Virus record (IMG/VR): IMGVR_UViG_3300006467_000563
Location: 132,337-177,764 of that record
Length of the DNA: 45,428 bases
From: a virus
Taxonomy: Duplodnaviria; Heunggongvirae; Uroviricota; Caudoviricetes
Strand: one strand, 5' to 3'
This document shows, in pieces, positions 28,325 to 36,456 of the stretch (within the stretch, counting starts at the first letter, position 1; each line of letters starts with the position of its first letter). Under the pieces are notes generated by a model. It did no database searches. It was not told the origin of the DNA and saw only the letters and a program-made list of their open reading frames with translations. A program made the position numbers and the translations under genes.

Positions 28325-28645
28325 ATGTGGACCAAGGAAGTATGTGATTCAATTACCGGCCTACTCAGTTTAAAAGAAAACTGGAATAGTTATGGTTCCT
28401 ATAAAGCAGATGTAAAATCTGTTAATATGGCCATAGACTACGTACATATGCTCGGTGCGATGAATGTATTTCCTAAACCTTCTGTGTCGTTGACTCCGGG
28501 GGGACATGTTTTTCTCTGCTGGAATTGGGAAGCAGACGCCAAGGAACTTTCGATAGAGTTCTGTCCTGAAAAGGGGGCATTAGTTAACTTTTGGGATAGC
28601 AATGGTTACGTTGACTATGACTGTATTATAAAAATGGAGATATAA
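28325..28645 (+). CDS. Hypothetical protein (LxxNWxSYG family)
   Basis: LKENWNSYG...PSVSLTPGGHVFLCW. Confidence 0.6.
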   Translation: MWTKEVCDSITGLLSLKENWNSYGSYKADVKSVNMAIDYVHMLGAMNVFPKPSVSLTPGGHVFLCWNWEADAKELSIEFCPEKGALVNFWDSNGYVDYDCIIKMEI

Positions 28646-28950
28646 TGACTTTTATTGACTTAATCGATATGTTAAGAGAAGGTAAAAAGTTAACCCATCG
28701 CGGACTTTCTTGCGAGTTTATTTATCTTGATGGTGACTGTCTTATAACAGATGAAGATGAAAGAATGATGTGGGATGAAGTTGCAGACATTTATGAGAAT
28801 TATTCAGAGCCTTATGAAGAATGGGACCCGGATAACAGTTCTATCATTAATGATTTAATCACGAATGCCAATTTAGCAATTCAGGAGCTAAATGATTTGT
28901 TAGAATCATGTGGAGTAGATAAGACATATGTACTTGAGGAAAAAATCTAA
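28645..28950 (+). CDS. DUF2829/Tad2-like paralog with helical tail
   Basis: MTFIDLIDMLREGKKLTHRG...FIYL. Confidence 0.5.
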   Translation: MTFIDLIDMLREGKKLTHRGLSCEFIYLDGDCLITDEDERMMWDEVADIYENYSEPYEEWDPDNSSIINDLITNANLAIQELNDLLESCGVDKTYVLEEKI

Positions 28951-29204
28951 TGGATAGTGTAGAAAAGTTGGCACATGGGTATGCCGTAGATTATAAGCCT
29001 TGGGACACGGACTTACCTCCTAGTGATTATATGGCGTATGGTTTTACTAGAGGATTCAAGCATGTGATACATAATATTACTTTTCTAGATGTTCCAGACG
29101 AAGAATATTCAGAAATAGAGTTGTGTGATACTGTTTTTCATAATGGTATAAAATATATTGTCATTGCAAAAGATTATGGAAAGGTGATTGCTGTTCGTGT
29201 TTGA
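28950..29204 (+). CDS. Hypothetical protein
   Basis: Coupled ORF. Confidence 0.5.
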   Translation: MDSVEKLAHGYAVDYKPWDTDLPPSDYMAYGFTRGFKHVIHNITFLDVPDEEYSEIELCDTVFHNGIKYIVIAKDYGKVIAVRV

Positions 29205-29487
29205 AGAAAATGGTGAAGTAATCGTTCTAATGGGACTACAAGTTGCATTCGGTAGATATGCTGGAAAAGCTACATTGGCTAATAATTATGGACGAGTAGT
29301 ATTTGAAGATGGAGTATCTGGATTGTTTTTATTCTCAGATATGTACCCCATCACACAGATTGATAAAGTAAAACGGGTTATAGATGAAAAAATGAGTGCC
29401 ATTATAGAAACCCATAATGATGCAATAAAATTATCTACACACACCTACCAAGTCTTGCAGAAAAAAATGGAGGCCATGAATGGATGA
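29188..29487 (+). CDS. Hypothetical protein (beta N-terminus plus helix)
   Basis: Coupled ORF; start uncertain. Confidence 0.5.
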   Translation: MLFVFEENGEVIVLMGLQVAFGRYAGKATLANNYGRVVFEDGVSGLFLFSDMYPITQIDKVKRVIDEKMSAIIETHNDAIKLSTHTYQVLQKKMEAMNG

Positions 29488-29668
29488 CAACAAGTGGTTC
29501 TGCATAATGGGAATATTCTTTTTTATATGTATGTCTATTAGTATGTCTTTTGAATCTTACTATAAATCAATAGAATTACCTAAACTAAAACAGCTACAAA
29601 TAGAATGTATCGAAGAAGGATACGGTACAATGGAAAACGGAAGGTTCAAGTTGATTAAAAATGATTGA
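29480..29668 (+). CDS. Small membrane protein
   Basis: N-terminal TM segment. Confidence 0.5.
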   Translation: MDDNKWFCIMGIFFFICMSISMSFESYYKSIELPKLKQLQIECIEEGYGTMENGRFKLIKND

Positions 29669-29680
29669 CCTATTATTAAT

Positions 29681-29956
29681 TTGCGTTTTACTTATTGTTT
29701 GGTTTTGTTTCTTGGAGGACAACAATTGAATTACGTACTTGGAGAGTATGAGGCTGTTCCTTTAGATTGGGCACCTGCAGAAAAACATTGGTCAGTATTT
29801 CGAGATTATGATATCGTAGGGGAAATTTCTGTGATTAGGGGTGAGATTTTTGGATATCCCGGTCATTCGTATCCTCTTGACTATAATGAAGTAGAAGAGC
29901 CGCAACAAGTAGAAGAATGTTTGAAGGCTATCATTAATTATTTGGAGAACAGATGA
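29681..29956 (+). CDS. Hypothetical protein
   Basis: ORF coupled to next gene; start probably later, behind GGAGG. Confidence 0.45.
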   Translation: MRFTYCLVLFLGGQQLNYVLGEYEAVPLDWAPAEKHWSVFRDYDIVGEISVIRGEIFGYPGHSYPLDYNEVEEPQQVEECLKAIINYLENR

Positions 29957-30297
29957 ATATTGCAGACTTTTTGTGGGAACTCACTTCTGGAAGTAAAGCT
30001 AGAATTAATAGCTGGGAAAAGGGTGACTGGATTTCTCTACGTGGAGATGGTTCCTGTTTCTTAGATTCAGATGGGAATGAATATGGGCTAGAAATCTTAG
30101 GAGATGCTGGCTTGGAAGAGTGGGAAGTGTTTGATGAGGAACGGCAAGAGCGGATTAATGCTATTATCCATGAGATTAATGAATTAGAAGTTGACGCTTC
30201 TAATATAGAAAATAATATCGACGTTCTAATGTCGGACCTAGAAGATATCAATTATCAAATTGATGACTTAAAAGAAGAATTAGATGAGCTTGAGTAA
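29953..30297 (+). CDS. DUF2829/Tad2-like paralog with very acidic coiled-coil tail
   Basis: LTSGSKARINSW...WISL...LEEWEVF then D/E-rich heptads. Confidence 0.55.
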   Translation: MNIADFLWELTSGSKARINSWEKGDWISLRGDGSCFLDSDGNEYGLEILGDAGLEEWEVFDEERQERINAIIHEINELEVDASNIENNIDVLMSDLEDINYQIDDLKEELDELE

Positions 30298-30695
30298 TGG
30301 ACTATGAATCGTTAACTATGTCACAAAAGTTAATACAAGGCATGAAAGAGCTGACGCTGTCTCTGGAAAATAATTATAGAGGTAACATGAAATTTGAAAT
30401 TGGTGAAAAAGTAATCATTCTTGAAGATTGTGACGTATATCTCGGTGAGATTCTGTCTGATACAATGCAACATGTTGGTTTTGGCGATGAATTAACTCTA
30501 TCGGTAGCTGTTGAGTTCGGTGAATTCGATATTGATGTCCGTGATATCTACAAAATGGAAGACGTTGATGTTGTAATTGATAGACTGAAATTGCGTATGT
30601 CAGAAGCGGAAGAGACATATATTATCACAAAGTCACTTGCTTTACAATCGATTAAAACTTTGATGGATATTAAAAAAGGAGATGCAGATACATGA
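30297..30695 (+). CDS. Hypothetical protein (SH3-like start MKFEIGEKV)
   Basis: Possible internal start at 30387 behind GAGG. Confidence 0.55.
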   Translation: MDYESLTMSQKLIQGMKELTLSLENNYRGNMKFEIGEKVIILEDCDVYLGEILSDTMQHVGFGDELTLSVAVEFGEFDIDVRDIYKMEDVDVVIDRLKLRMSEAEETYIITKSLALQSIKTLMDIKKGDADT

Positions 30696-30880
30696 AAAAA
30701 CAAGAAATCATAGACAAACTGAAGGAAGGGTACAGTGTGAATTTTAAAGACGACCCGGAATGTTTTTATACTATGTGTGATGACAGATTGTATTTCATGA
30801 TGGCGGGCGAGGGTAGCTTGCGTATTAGCTTTGCTGCAATCGGGGACTGGAATGACGAAGAAATTGATTTTTGGAAGTAA
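30692..30880 (+). CDS. Distant DUF2829/Tad2-like paralog
   Basis: EIIDKLKEGYSV...FY; weak match. Confidence 0.4.
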   Translation: MKKQEIIDKLKEGYSVNFKDDPECFYTMCDDRLYFMMAGEGSLRISFAAIGDWNDEEIDFWK

Positions 30881-30882
30881 CA

Positions 30883-31071
30883 ATGTTGGCTAAAGTATCA
30901 GACAATATATGGGTCATGGCTGATGAAGTTGTTTATGTAGCACCAGTCACTGATTCGGAATTAGTAGAGATTAAATGTAAAGGTTCACGCGGTCACTTCA
31001 TTAAGACAAGATGGCCTATTCTTAAAGTTGTCGAGTCTATTAATGAGGCAAGAGAAAAATGCAAGCAGTAG
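30883..31071 (+). CDS. Hypothetical protein
   Basis: Coupled ORF. Confidence 0.5.
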   Translation: MLAKVSDNIWVMADEVVYVAPVTDSELVEIKCKGSRGHFIKTRWPILKVVESINEAREKCKQ

Positions 31072-31280
31072 CTGGGATAGAGCCATCTAGAAAAAATATT
31101 GTATATAAACAATGTTGTAATCCTATGTCTGGTTATTTAACACCACCATCTACTTATGCTCATATTATAGGTGACAGAGAAAACCTTTATATTGTAGAAC
31201 ATATACAATGGGTGGGAATGTATGGTTTTGTTGTTGACCATATTCAACCAATTATTTGTGGAGTAGGATATGAACAATGA
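31059..31280 (+). CDS. Hypothetical protein
   Basis: Coupled ORF. Confidence 0.45.
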   Translation: MQAVAGIEPSRKNIVYKQCCNPMSGYLTPPSTYAHIIGDRENLYIVEHIQWVGMYGFVVDHIQPIICGVGYEQ

Positions 31281-31536
31281 TTTTAGGGGAACAGCCTTAA
31301 TTATCAATGATGATTTAAGCGTCATTTGGGGCGAAGTAACAAACTGTATCTTTTTTCAAACAATACAAAACTATAGGTTCATTGTGAATATAGATGGTAA
31401 ACCAACATGTGTTCGACCATCACGTGTATTCGATAATCCAAAAGAGGCAAACGAATACATTGAAATGTTATATAAAAAGAGAACTGACGAATACTTCTTT
31501 TCACTGCATAAAATAAGGAATTGGGCAAATGGGTAA
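31270..31536 (+). CDS. Hypothetical protein (beta N-terminus plus helix)
   Basis: Coupled ORF. Confidence 0.5.
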   Translation: MNNDFRGTALIINDDLSVIWGEVTNCIFFQTIQNYRFIVNIDGKPTCVRPSRVFDNPKEANEYIEMLYKKRTDEYFFSLHKIRNWANG

Positions 31537-32047
31537 AGAGTGGGTGGATTTTTTAGACCAGTTAAACATCTTAAGAAATATGGAGCTTAGACTGGAACGT
31601 ATTGAGAAAACACTTGCAGATATCGTAAGAGGAATGTCACCCCCAGAGATGGCTGTGGAAGCTGATAGTGAATATACACACCAAGAAGTAGACTTTGATG
31701 ATGGAAGAAAATGGATTATCGAAAAAGGCGATAGACTGCTAGGGTATGTTACAATCACTGGTACTGTATGTACTATTTGCTTAGGCAGCTCATTGTTGTG
31801 GCAGAGGGCAGTCCCTCATAGGCAGAGTGACGTCGAGGCTGCAGAAAAAGCAATCCAAGAGTTGATAGAGTACGTAGAGCGTGAGAAAATGCGAGCGATA
31901 GAGGATAGCAAAAGAAAAGAGGGCAACGTATACGGCTACTGCCCCATCTGCGGAGCACCGGGGATTATGCGTGAGAGACGCCTTGGTGGGAATGATTATT
32001 GTAAAAACGGACACGAGTATCCATCTAAGGATGCTGTATTTTTCTAG
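31529..32047 (+). CDS. Hypothetical protein with C-terminal zinc ribbon
   Basis: CPICG...YCKNGH. Confidence 0.6.
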   Translation: MGKEWVDFLDQLNILRNMELRLERIEKTLADIVRGMSPPEMAVEADSEYTHQEVDFDDGRKWIIEKGDRLLGYVTITGTVCTICLGSSLLWQRAVPHRQSDVEAAEKAIQELIEYVEREKMRAIEDSKRKEGNVYGYCPICGAPGIMRERRLGGNDYCKNGHEYPSKDAVFF

Positions 32048-32055
32048 GAGATAAA

Positions 32056-32427
32056 ATGGATAAAGTAACTGACAGGGAATTTTGGAAGAGTGTTATTGCA
32101 CAACATGACGATGAAGACTGGCAGGAGTCTGGTTATATAGCATGCTATCATAAAAATGTGGCTTATTTAACAAACTACTATCATTGTTCATGCTATGGCA
32201 CATTCGAGGCTTTGTGTGGTGGTGGGATTAGTGACCGTTTCTCTGAGGGTATTCCTTCATTCATATGGAGTGGTACTTTAAAAGAGTTGGTAGATATGGC
32301 AAAAAGGGGTGCTGACCCACATATGCCATCAAGGGTGGCTAAGGAAGCTGACTGTGATTATAAACATTTGATGGAAGTATATAAACAAATCTTAGAATGG
32401 TATGAGGATGAATATGAAACTGTATGA
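32056..32427 (+). CDS. Hypothetical protein (HCSCYG motif)
   Basis: AGGAG SD; metal-binding-like HCSC. Confidence 0.6.
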   Translation: MDKVTDREFWKSVIAQHDDEDWQESGYIACYHKNVAYLTNYYHCSCYGTFEALCGGGISDRFSEGIPSFIWSGTLKELVDMAKRGADPHMPSRVAKEADCDYKHLMEVYKQILEWYEDEYETV

Positions 32428-32770
32428 AGCAATCAAGTTACTTGAGGAAGGAAAGCGTGTCAGACATCAAGATTGGCCTAGTAATAGCTTTTTAGTATTA
32501 AGGGGAAATATTCTAGACCAAGACGGTGAATTAGATGCAATCGTTTGTGATTCTGTTAACGATTTAGACGGATGGGAGCTTCTCAAGGAAGATGGTTGGT
32601 ATAAATGTGATGGGAAAGATTATATCAAATTTGATGACTGGTATCTCTGGTGTGATGGTAAATGGATGCCGTGTAATGAGCCTAAACACGCTAACCTTGA
32701 ACGTGCTGGCAATTTTGAGCCAAAGAGATATACTATTCAAACTAAACTAGTAGACGATATTCCATTCTAG
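32414..32770 (+). CDS. DUF2829/Tad2-like paralog with aromatic C-terminal module
   Basis: MKLYEAIKLLEEGKRVRHQDW...DLDGWEL then DGWYKCDG..IKFDDWYLW.DGKWMP...GNFEPKRY; ends DDIPF. Confidence 0.7.
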   Translation: MKLYEAIKLLEEGKRVRHQDWPSNSFLVLRGNILDQDGELDAIVCDSVNDLDGWELLKEDGWYKCDGKDYIKFDDWYLWCDGKWMPCNEPKHANLERAGNFEPKRYTIQTKLVDDIPF

Positions 32771-32824
32771 TATGGCTTAGCAGAAAAAAGAAGACATAGA
32801 TTTTTACATAAATGGAGCTGCTAA

Positions 32825-33088
32825 ATGAAACTACATGAATTTTTAAATGACGACGTGGCCTGCGTTACAGTCTTCAATGAGAATGAGTACCGCAGGAAAA
32901 ATACTTACACGATGTATGATGGTCCACACGGAAAAGAAAAGTGTGACTTTTCCGAAATAACAAAAGGCATGGAGGGAACTATTCTCTATTATGACTGGTA
33001 TGCTGGCGGCTTAGCTGAAAGAATGGGTTTTATATCAGTAGACGAAGACGGTAATATCACTGAAGATAGATGTGTTGGGATTAGTTGA
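32825..33088 (+). CDS. Hypothetical protein
   Basis: GGAG SD. Confidence 0.5.
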   Translation: MKLHEFLNDDVACVTVFNENEYRRKNTYTMYDGPHGKEKCDFSEITKGMEGTILYYDWYAGGLAERMGFISVDEDGNITEDRCVGIS

Positions 33089-33330
33089 TGGATAAATACG
33101 AAAAGAAATACGTTTTGGTAGTAGATGGTTTATGTGTCCAGAAGGGATATAAAACTGGATATCATGAAGGTGAATATCTAGTAGACGAAGAGTGGGTCAA
33201 TGAAGAATACGTGTTTGATGATATCGAGTCAGCTAGAAAGTATCTAGCAGGAAGATATATATGCGAAAGTGACGATTATTTTGCTTCCTTGTCTAGACTG
33301 AATAGTTATGAGGGACAATATGGGTTCTAA
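33088..33330 (+). CDS. Hypothetical protein
   Basis: TGATG-coupled ORF. Confidence 0.5.
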   Translation: MDKYEKKYVLVVDGLCVQKGYKTGYHEGEYLVDEEWVNEEYVFDDIESARKYLAGRYICESDDYFASLSRLNSYEGQYGF

Positions 33331-33628
33331 AAATTATAATGAAGCAATAGAAATTTTTAATAAATATAACTTGATTCTTGCAGATATTCGTACTAGAATT
33401 GAGGAAGGAGACATGGATGCTGCTATAGAGCACTTGAAAACTTTGACAGAAAGAAATAAAAAATTAAAGTATCTTGGATATATGGTAACTGGAAGTGATG
33501 ATTACCGCTCATCGAGACTAATGGAGATGGATATGAATAAGCTCCGAAATATAGTAGATAACGCATCAAGCCCAAATATGACTATGCAGGAAATAATAGA
33601 AGAACATATAAATACAAGCAATGATTAA
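33320..33628 (+). CDS. Hypothetical protein
   Basis: GAGG SD before MGSKNY. Confidence 0.5.
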   Translation: MGSKNYNEAIEIFNKYNLILADIRTRIEEGDMDAAIEHLKTLTERNKKLKYLGYMVTGSDDYRSSRLMEMDMNKLRNIVDNASSPNMTMQEIIEEHINTSND

Positions 33629-33651
33629 GCTGTGACAAATAGGAGTAAAAA

Positions 33652-33816
33652 GTGACCAACATTTCACAATTAGGCAGGTGCGAACCATGTTACTATAAAA
33701 GTTTCCCGGCTAATCTGATGTTTCGGGATGGATACTGGGCACAAGTAGACTATTACACAGAAATAGGAATTCATCTAGGAGTTAGAATAGATTACGGATA
33801 TGGATGGATTTATTAG
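33652..33816 (+). CDS. Small hypothetical protein (54 aa, GTG start)
   Basis: Not in ORF track; AGGAG SD; last gene before terminator. Confidence 0.45.
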   Translation: MTNISQLGRCEPCYYKSFPANLMFRDGYWAQVDYYTEIGIHLGVRIDYGYGWIY

Positions 33817-33844
33817 TTATGCTGTGACATTTTGTTTCGAGTTG

Positions 33845-33876
33845 GGGCACCTAGATTTTTTTGGTGTCCTTTTTTC
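33845..33876 (+). terminator. Intrinsic terminator closing the dense plus-strand block
   Basis: GGGCACC-loop-GGTGTCC then T run. Confidence 0.65.
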
Positions 33877-34106
33877 TTTGCCGACTTAAGTGCGGGTAGT
33901 TAGCAAATGACAATTAAGTTTGAAGTGCCGAGGCGTGAGATAAGGCCCCCCGGTTTTTTGACCAACCTGAACAGGTTCCCACCTGAACGTAAAACCACCC
34001 CCACCGAACTTGTGAACAAATGAGCACATCGGCAGGGGATTTGTAAACCTTGTTTAGTAAGTGCTGCTTAATAAATGTTGTTTAAATAACGTTGTTAAAT
34101 ATTGGG

Positions 34107-34222
34107 GTGGACAAACTACTGAATTCGCGTCTGTGCTCGATTCTCCGCAAATCCGATACAATACCCATGAAACTATCGGAATGCATTAGGGGCGATTCTA
34201 TGAGATTCTAGCCCCATAGCAG
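34107..34222 (+). repeat. ~110 bp dispersed non-coding element, copy A
   Basis: Shares TCGCGT, TCCGATACAATRCCCRTGAA and ATTCTATG..ATTCT.AGCCCCATA blocks with 37028-37145. Confidence 0.8.
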
Positions 34223-34369
34223 AGGTACACTAAACTATTTTGGAATATTTTTTGATTTTATACCGTTTTAGGCTTTTTTAGACTTTTTTTATCCCGATAG
34301 GTTGCTAATATCTTATCAGAGGTTAATCAATGCGGTTAACACGAAACTATCTTTTAAGGAGTTGAGACA

Positions 34370-34597
34370 ATGAGAAAAGCACATGCTAACTTCCACGCCC
34401 CAGAGCCAGTTCAAACCAAACGGACACCAACGGTTGAAGAGTTTGACAAAATGTTATCAGATGCCTTTCAGTTTGCTTTCATGCCTCAAGATGAGGACGA
34501 GTTAATCGAGATGCTCACAGGGAGCGAATCACGCGTAGGATTGAATCGGCAAATTGAAATCATGGAAGAGCACTTCGGTGCTGTTGAGAACTGGTAA
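34370..34597 (+). CDS. Hypothetical early protein
   Basis: TAAGGAG SD. Confidence 0.6.
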   Translation: MRKAHANFHAPEPVQTKRTPTVEEFDKMLSDAFQFAFMPQDEDELIEMLTGSESRVGLNRQIEIMEEHFGAVENW

Positions 34598-34603
34598 GCT
34601 AAT

Positions 34604-34636
34604 GGGGGCCATGACTGGCTCCCCTCTTTACACTTT
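34604..34636 (+). repeat. Inter-gene hairpin element, copy 1
   Basis: GGGGGCCA-TGAC-TGGCTCCCC TCTTTACACTTT. Confidence 0.85.
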
Positions 34637-34650
34637 GAAAGAATAAAACA

Positions 34651-34800
34651 ATGAAACAACACAGTATTGAATGGTGGGTACAATTCATCAGATTCCATTA
34701 TATTCCAGCGGTATACTCACCCCAACGTAATTGCATTAGAGCAGTTGAGCGGTATACTACGCGTGATGATAGAGCAGCAGTTAACTGTAACGTCGATTAA
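34651..34800 (+). CDS. Small hypothetical protein (49 aa)
   Basis: Not in ORF track; MKQHSIEWWVQFIRF..., directly behind hairpin element. Confidence 0.45.
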   Translation: MKQHSIEWWVQFIRFHYIPAVYSPQRNCIRAVERYTTRDDRAAVNCNVD

Positions 34801-34848
34801 CCATTAGACGGAAAAGCCATTGATTCATGGCTCGGATATTAACCACTA

Positions 34849-34881
34849 AGGGGGCCATGACTGGCCCCCTCTTTACACTTT
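34849..34881 (+). repeat. Inter-gene hairpin element, copy 2
   Basis: AGGGGGCCA-TGAC-TGGCCCCCT CTTTACACTTT. Confidence 0.85.
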
Positions 34882-34893
34882 GGAAAGAATGCA

Positions 34894-34986
34894 ATGGATT
34901 GCAAAAAATATCTTCTTATCGTATGGTCCCTGATGGCCATTGCCACAATCTCAACAATCGTTTTTTTTGAAATGGTGTTATCATGA
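34894..34986 (+). CDS. 30 aa single-TM peptide
   Basis: MDCKKYLLIVWSLMAIATISTIVFFEMVLS; ATGA overlap with next gene. Confidence 0.45.
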   Translation: MDCKKYLLIVWSLMAIATISTIVFFEMVLS

Positions 34987-35237
34987 CAGTAAAGGAAGAA
35001 ATCAGAGTTACAAGGCCCGGAAAGTACCCACCAACAACGCCAAGAGAGGGGAGACAAGGCCACTATTTCTATGGCAATAACCTAGTTGAGTGTATTATGA
35101 AAGCTCAGCGTAAGTTCGGTGATGAACTAGTGGACGTCGAATACAATGGGTGGTATATCGGTTCAATCACACAGGCCCAGCCAGAACACAAATTTCCAAA
35201 ACAATCGGTTAATGATTTTGTGGGCTGGTGCCCATAA
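34983..35237 (+). CDS. Hypothetical early protein
   Basis: Ends just before hairpin copy 3. Confidence 0.55.
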   Translation: MTVKEEIRVTRPGKYPPTTPREGRQGHYFYGNNLVECIMKAQRKFGDELVDVEYNGWYIGSITQAQPEHKFPKQSVNDFVGWCP

Positions 35238-35243
35238 CTAACA

Positions 35244-35276
35244 AGGGGGCCAGTCATGGCCCCCTCTTTACACTTT
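35244..35276 (+). repeat. Inter-gene hairpin element, copy 3 (loop inverted)
   Basis: AGGGGGCCA-GTCA-TGGCCCCCT CTTTACACTTT. Confidence 0.85.
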
Positions 35277-35292
35277 AAAAGGAATTACCACA

Positions 35293-35811
35293 ATGAAGAA
35301 ACTAGTCGATATGGTCCCAGTTCGCGACTACTGCCAAAATATGGTTTTATCAGCAGATGAAGCTAGAACACTACGACAAAACGTGCGTAACATGTATTGC
35401 GTATGCAATCTGCAGGAATTAGAATCTGCTCTTATCCATCATAAGGAAAACCCAACAATGCGGGGAAATGAGGAAACGATTGCATTCATTCAAGAGTTAA
35501 TTGATGAGTGTAATCTGGATTTATCAGGGCGGATTATCCGGTATGTTGATTATACCGTATTGTCTGAGCTGCTGAGCCACACAATGCGAATGCAACGTAT
35601 GTTATTCGGAGATTCCTTCATGACTGAACAGGAATTGAGAGGGGCCTTATCAGACCCTTACGTATACTGTGAAGATTATTTACAGTCGGCACTGGAAAAC
35701 ATGTTTCTGCATCACGTACGCGTTGGTGGTCGTGAACGTCAAACCAAATTCTCTGATATCCATATTGACCACACTAAACAGATAGTAACAATCTGGCTTG
35801 CTATCAAGTAA
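35293..35811 (+). CDS. Hypothetical early protein
   Basis: AAGGA SD, 172 aa. Confidence 0.6.
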   Translation: MKKLVDMVPVRDYCQNMVLSADEARTLRQNVRNMYCVCNLQELESALIHHKENPTMRGNEETIAFIQELIDECNLDLSGRIIRYVDYTVLSELLSHTMRMQRMLFGDSFMTEQELRGALSDPYVYCEDYLQSALENMFLHHVRVGGRERQTKFSDIHIDHTKQIVTIWLAIK

Positions 35812-35828
35812 TCAACAACAATAACCAA

Positions 35829-35860
35829 AGGGGGGCCATATGGTCCCCCTATTTGCATTT
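35829..35860 (+). repeat. Inter-gene hairpin element, copy 4 (diverged)
   Basis: AGGGGGGCCA-TA-TGGTCCCCCT ATTTGCATTT. Confidence 0.7.
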
Positions 35861-35869
35861 GAGGATATC

Positions 35870-35995
35870 ATGAAAACATTATCGTATTTTGTAGCTCTGC
35901 TCTTATTCTCCCTATGCTCAGTTCTATTCTGGCATGCTCTTATATCGATTCTAGGGACATCTCTAAACGTTGGGGTTGATGGTCGGCCATTATGA
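35870..35995 (+). CDS. 41 aa membrane peptide
   Basis: Not in ORF track; GAGGA SD; MKTLSYFVALLLFSLCSVLFWHALISILG... Confidence 0.5.
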   Translation: MKTLSYFVALLLFSLCSVLFWHALISILGTSLNVGVDGRPL

Positions 35996-36153
35996 GGGAT
36001 TTAATCATACACGTTGCTGCTGTGCTCGCTATCGCTCTTATATCGGTTCTTACAATCCGTTGTGCGGTTTCATTGTGGAAACATGACGATGTAAAAAGGT
36101 TGATTGAAGAGGGTAACAAGAACGGCGGCACTACTGCACATCTAAACATGTAA
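35992..36153 (+). CDS. 53 aa membrane peptide
   Basis: Not in ORF track; ATGA overlap; MRDLIIHVAAVLAIALISVLTIRC... Confidence 0.5.
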   Translation: MRDLIIHVAAVLAIALISVLTIRCAVSLWKHDDVKRLIEEGNKNGGTTAHLNM

Positions 36154-36370
36154 TATACGCCTGTTCAGGTAGTATACATCTGTCTACTAGGGTGACAAAT
36201 AGTCACCCTTTTTTTACGTATACACATATCCACTACGCGACCGCCGCCAGACCGCCGCCCGCCGCCGCGATAACTGCACACTTGTCAACTGCCCGCCCGT
36301 ACATGCATACAGGCCAGACCGTTAGCCATTTGTTCAGTGCTTGTCAGTCCACGCTGTTCGTCCGTCCAAG

Positions 36371-36456
36371 AAACGGGTTTGTAACGGGTTGACAAACCCG
36401 TTTGCCCAGAATGCACATAGTTAGCCGTTTTCCTATTTTACCTAGCTTGCCGGGGG
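36371..36456 (+). repeat. Array leader copy 1 (hairpin, GCACATAGTTAGC, G run)
   Basis: AAACGGGTTTGT...ACAAACCCGTTT hairpin; homologous to 39151-39235 and 41237-41318. Confidence 0.75.

Noticed and set aside
1-33816. Stop-codon reassignment
   Set aside because: Core genes are full length and tightly coupled under the standard code
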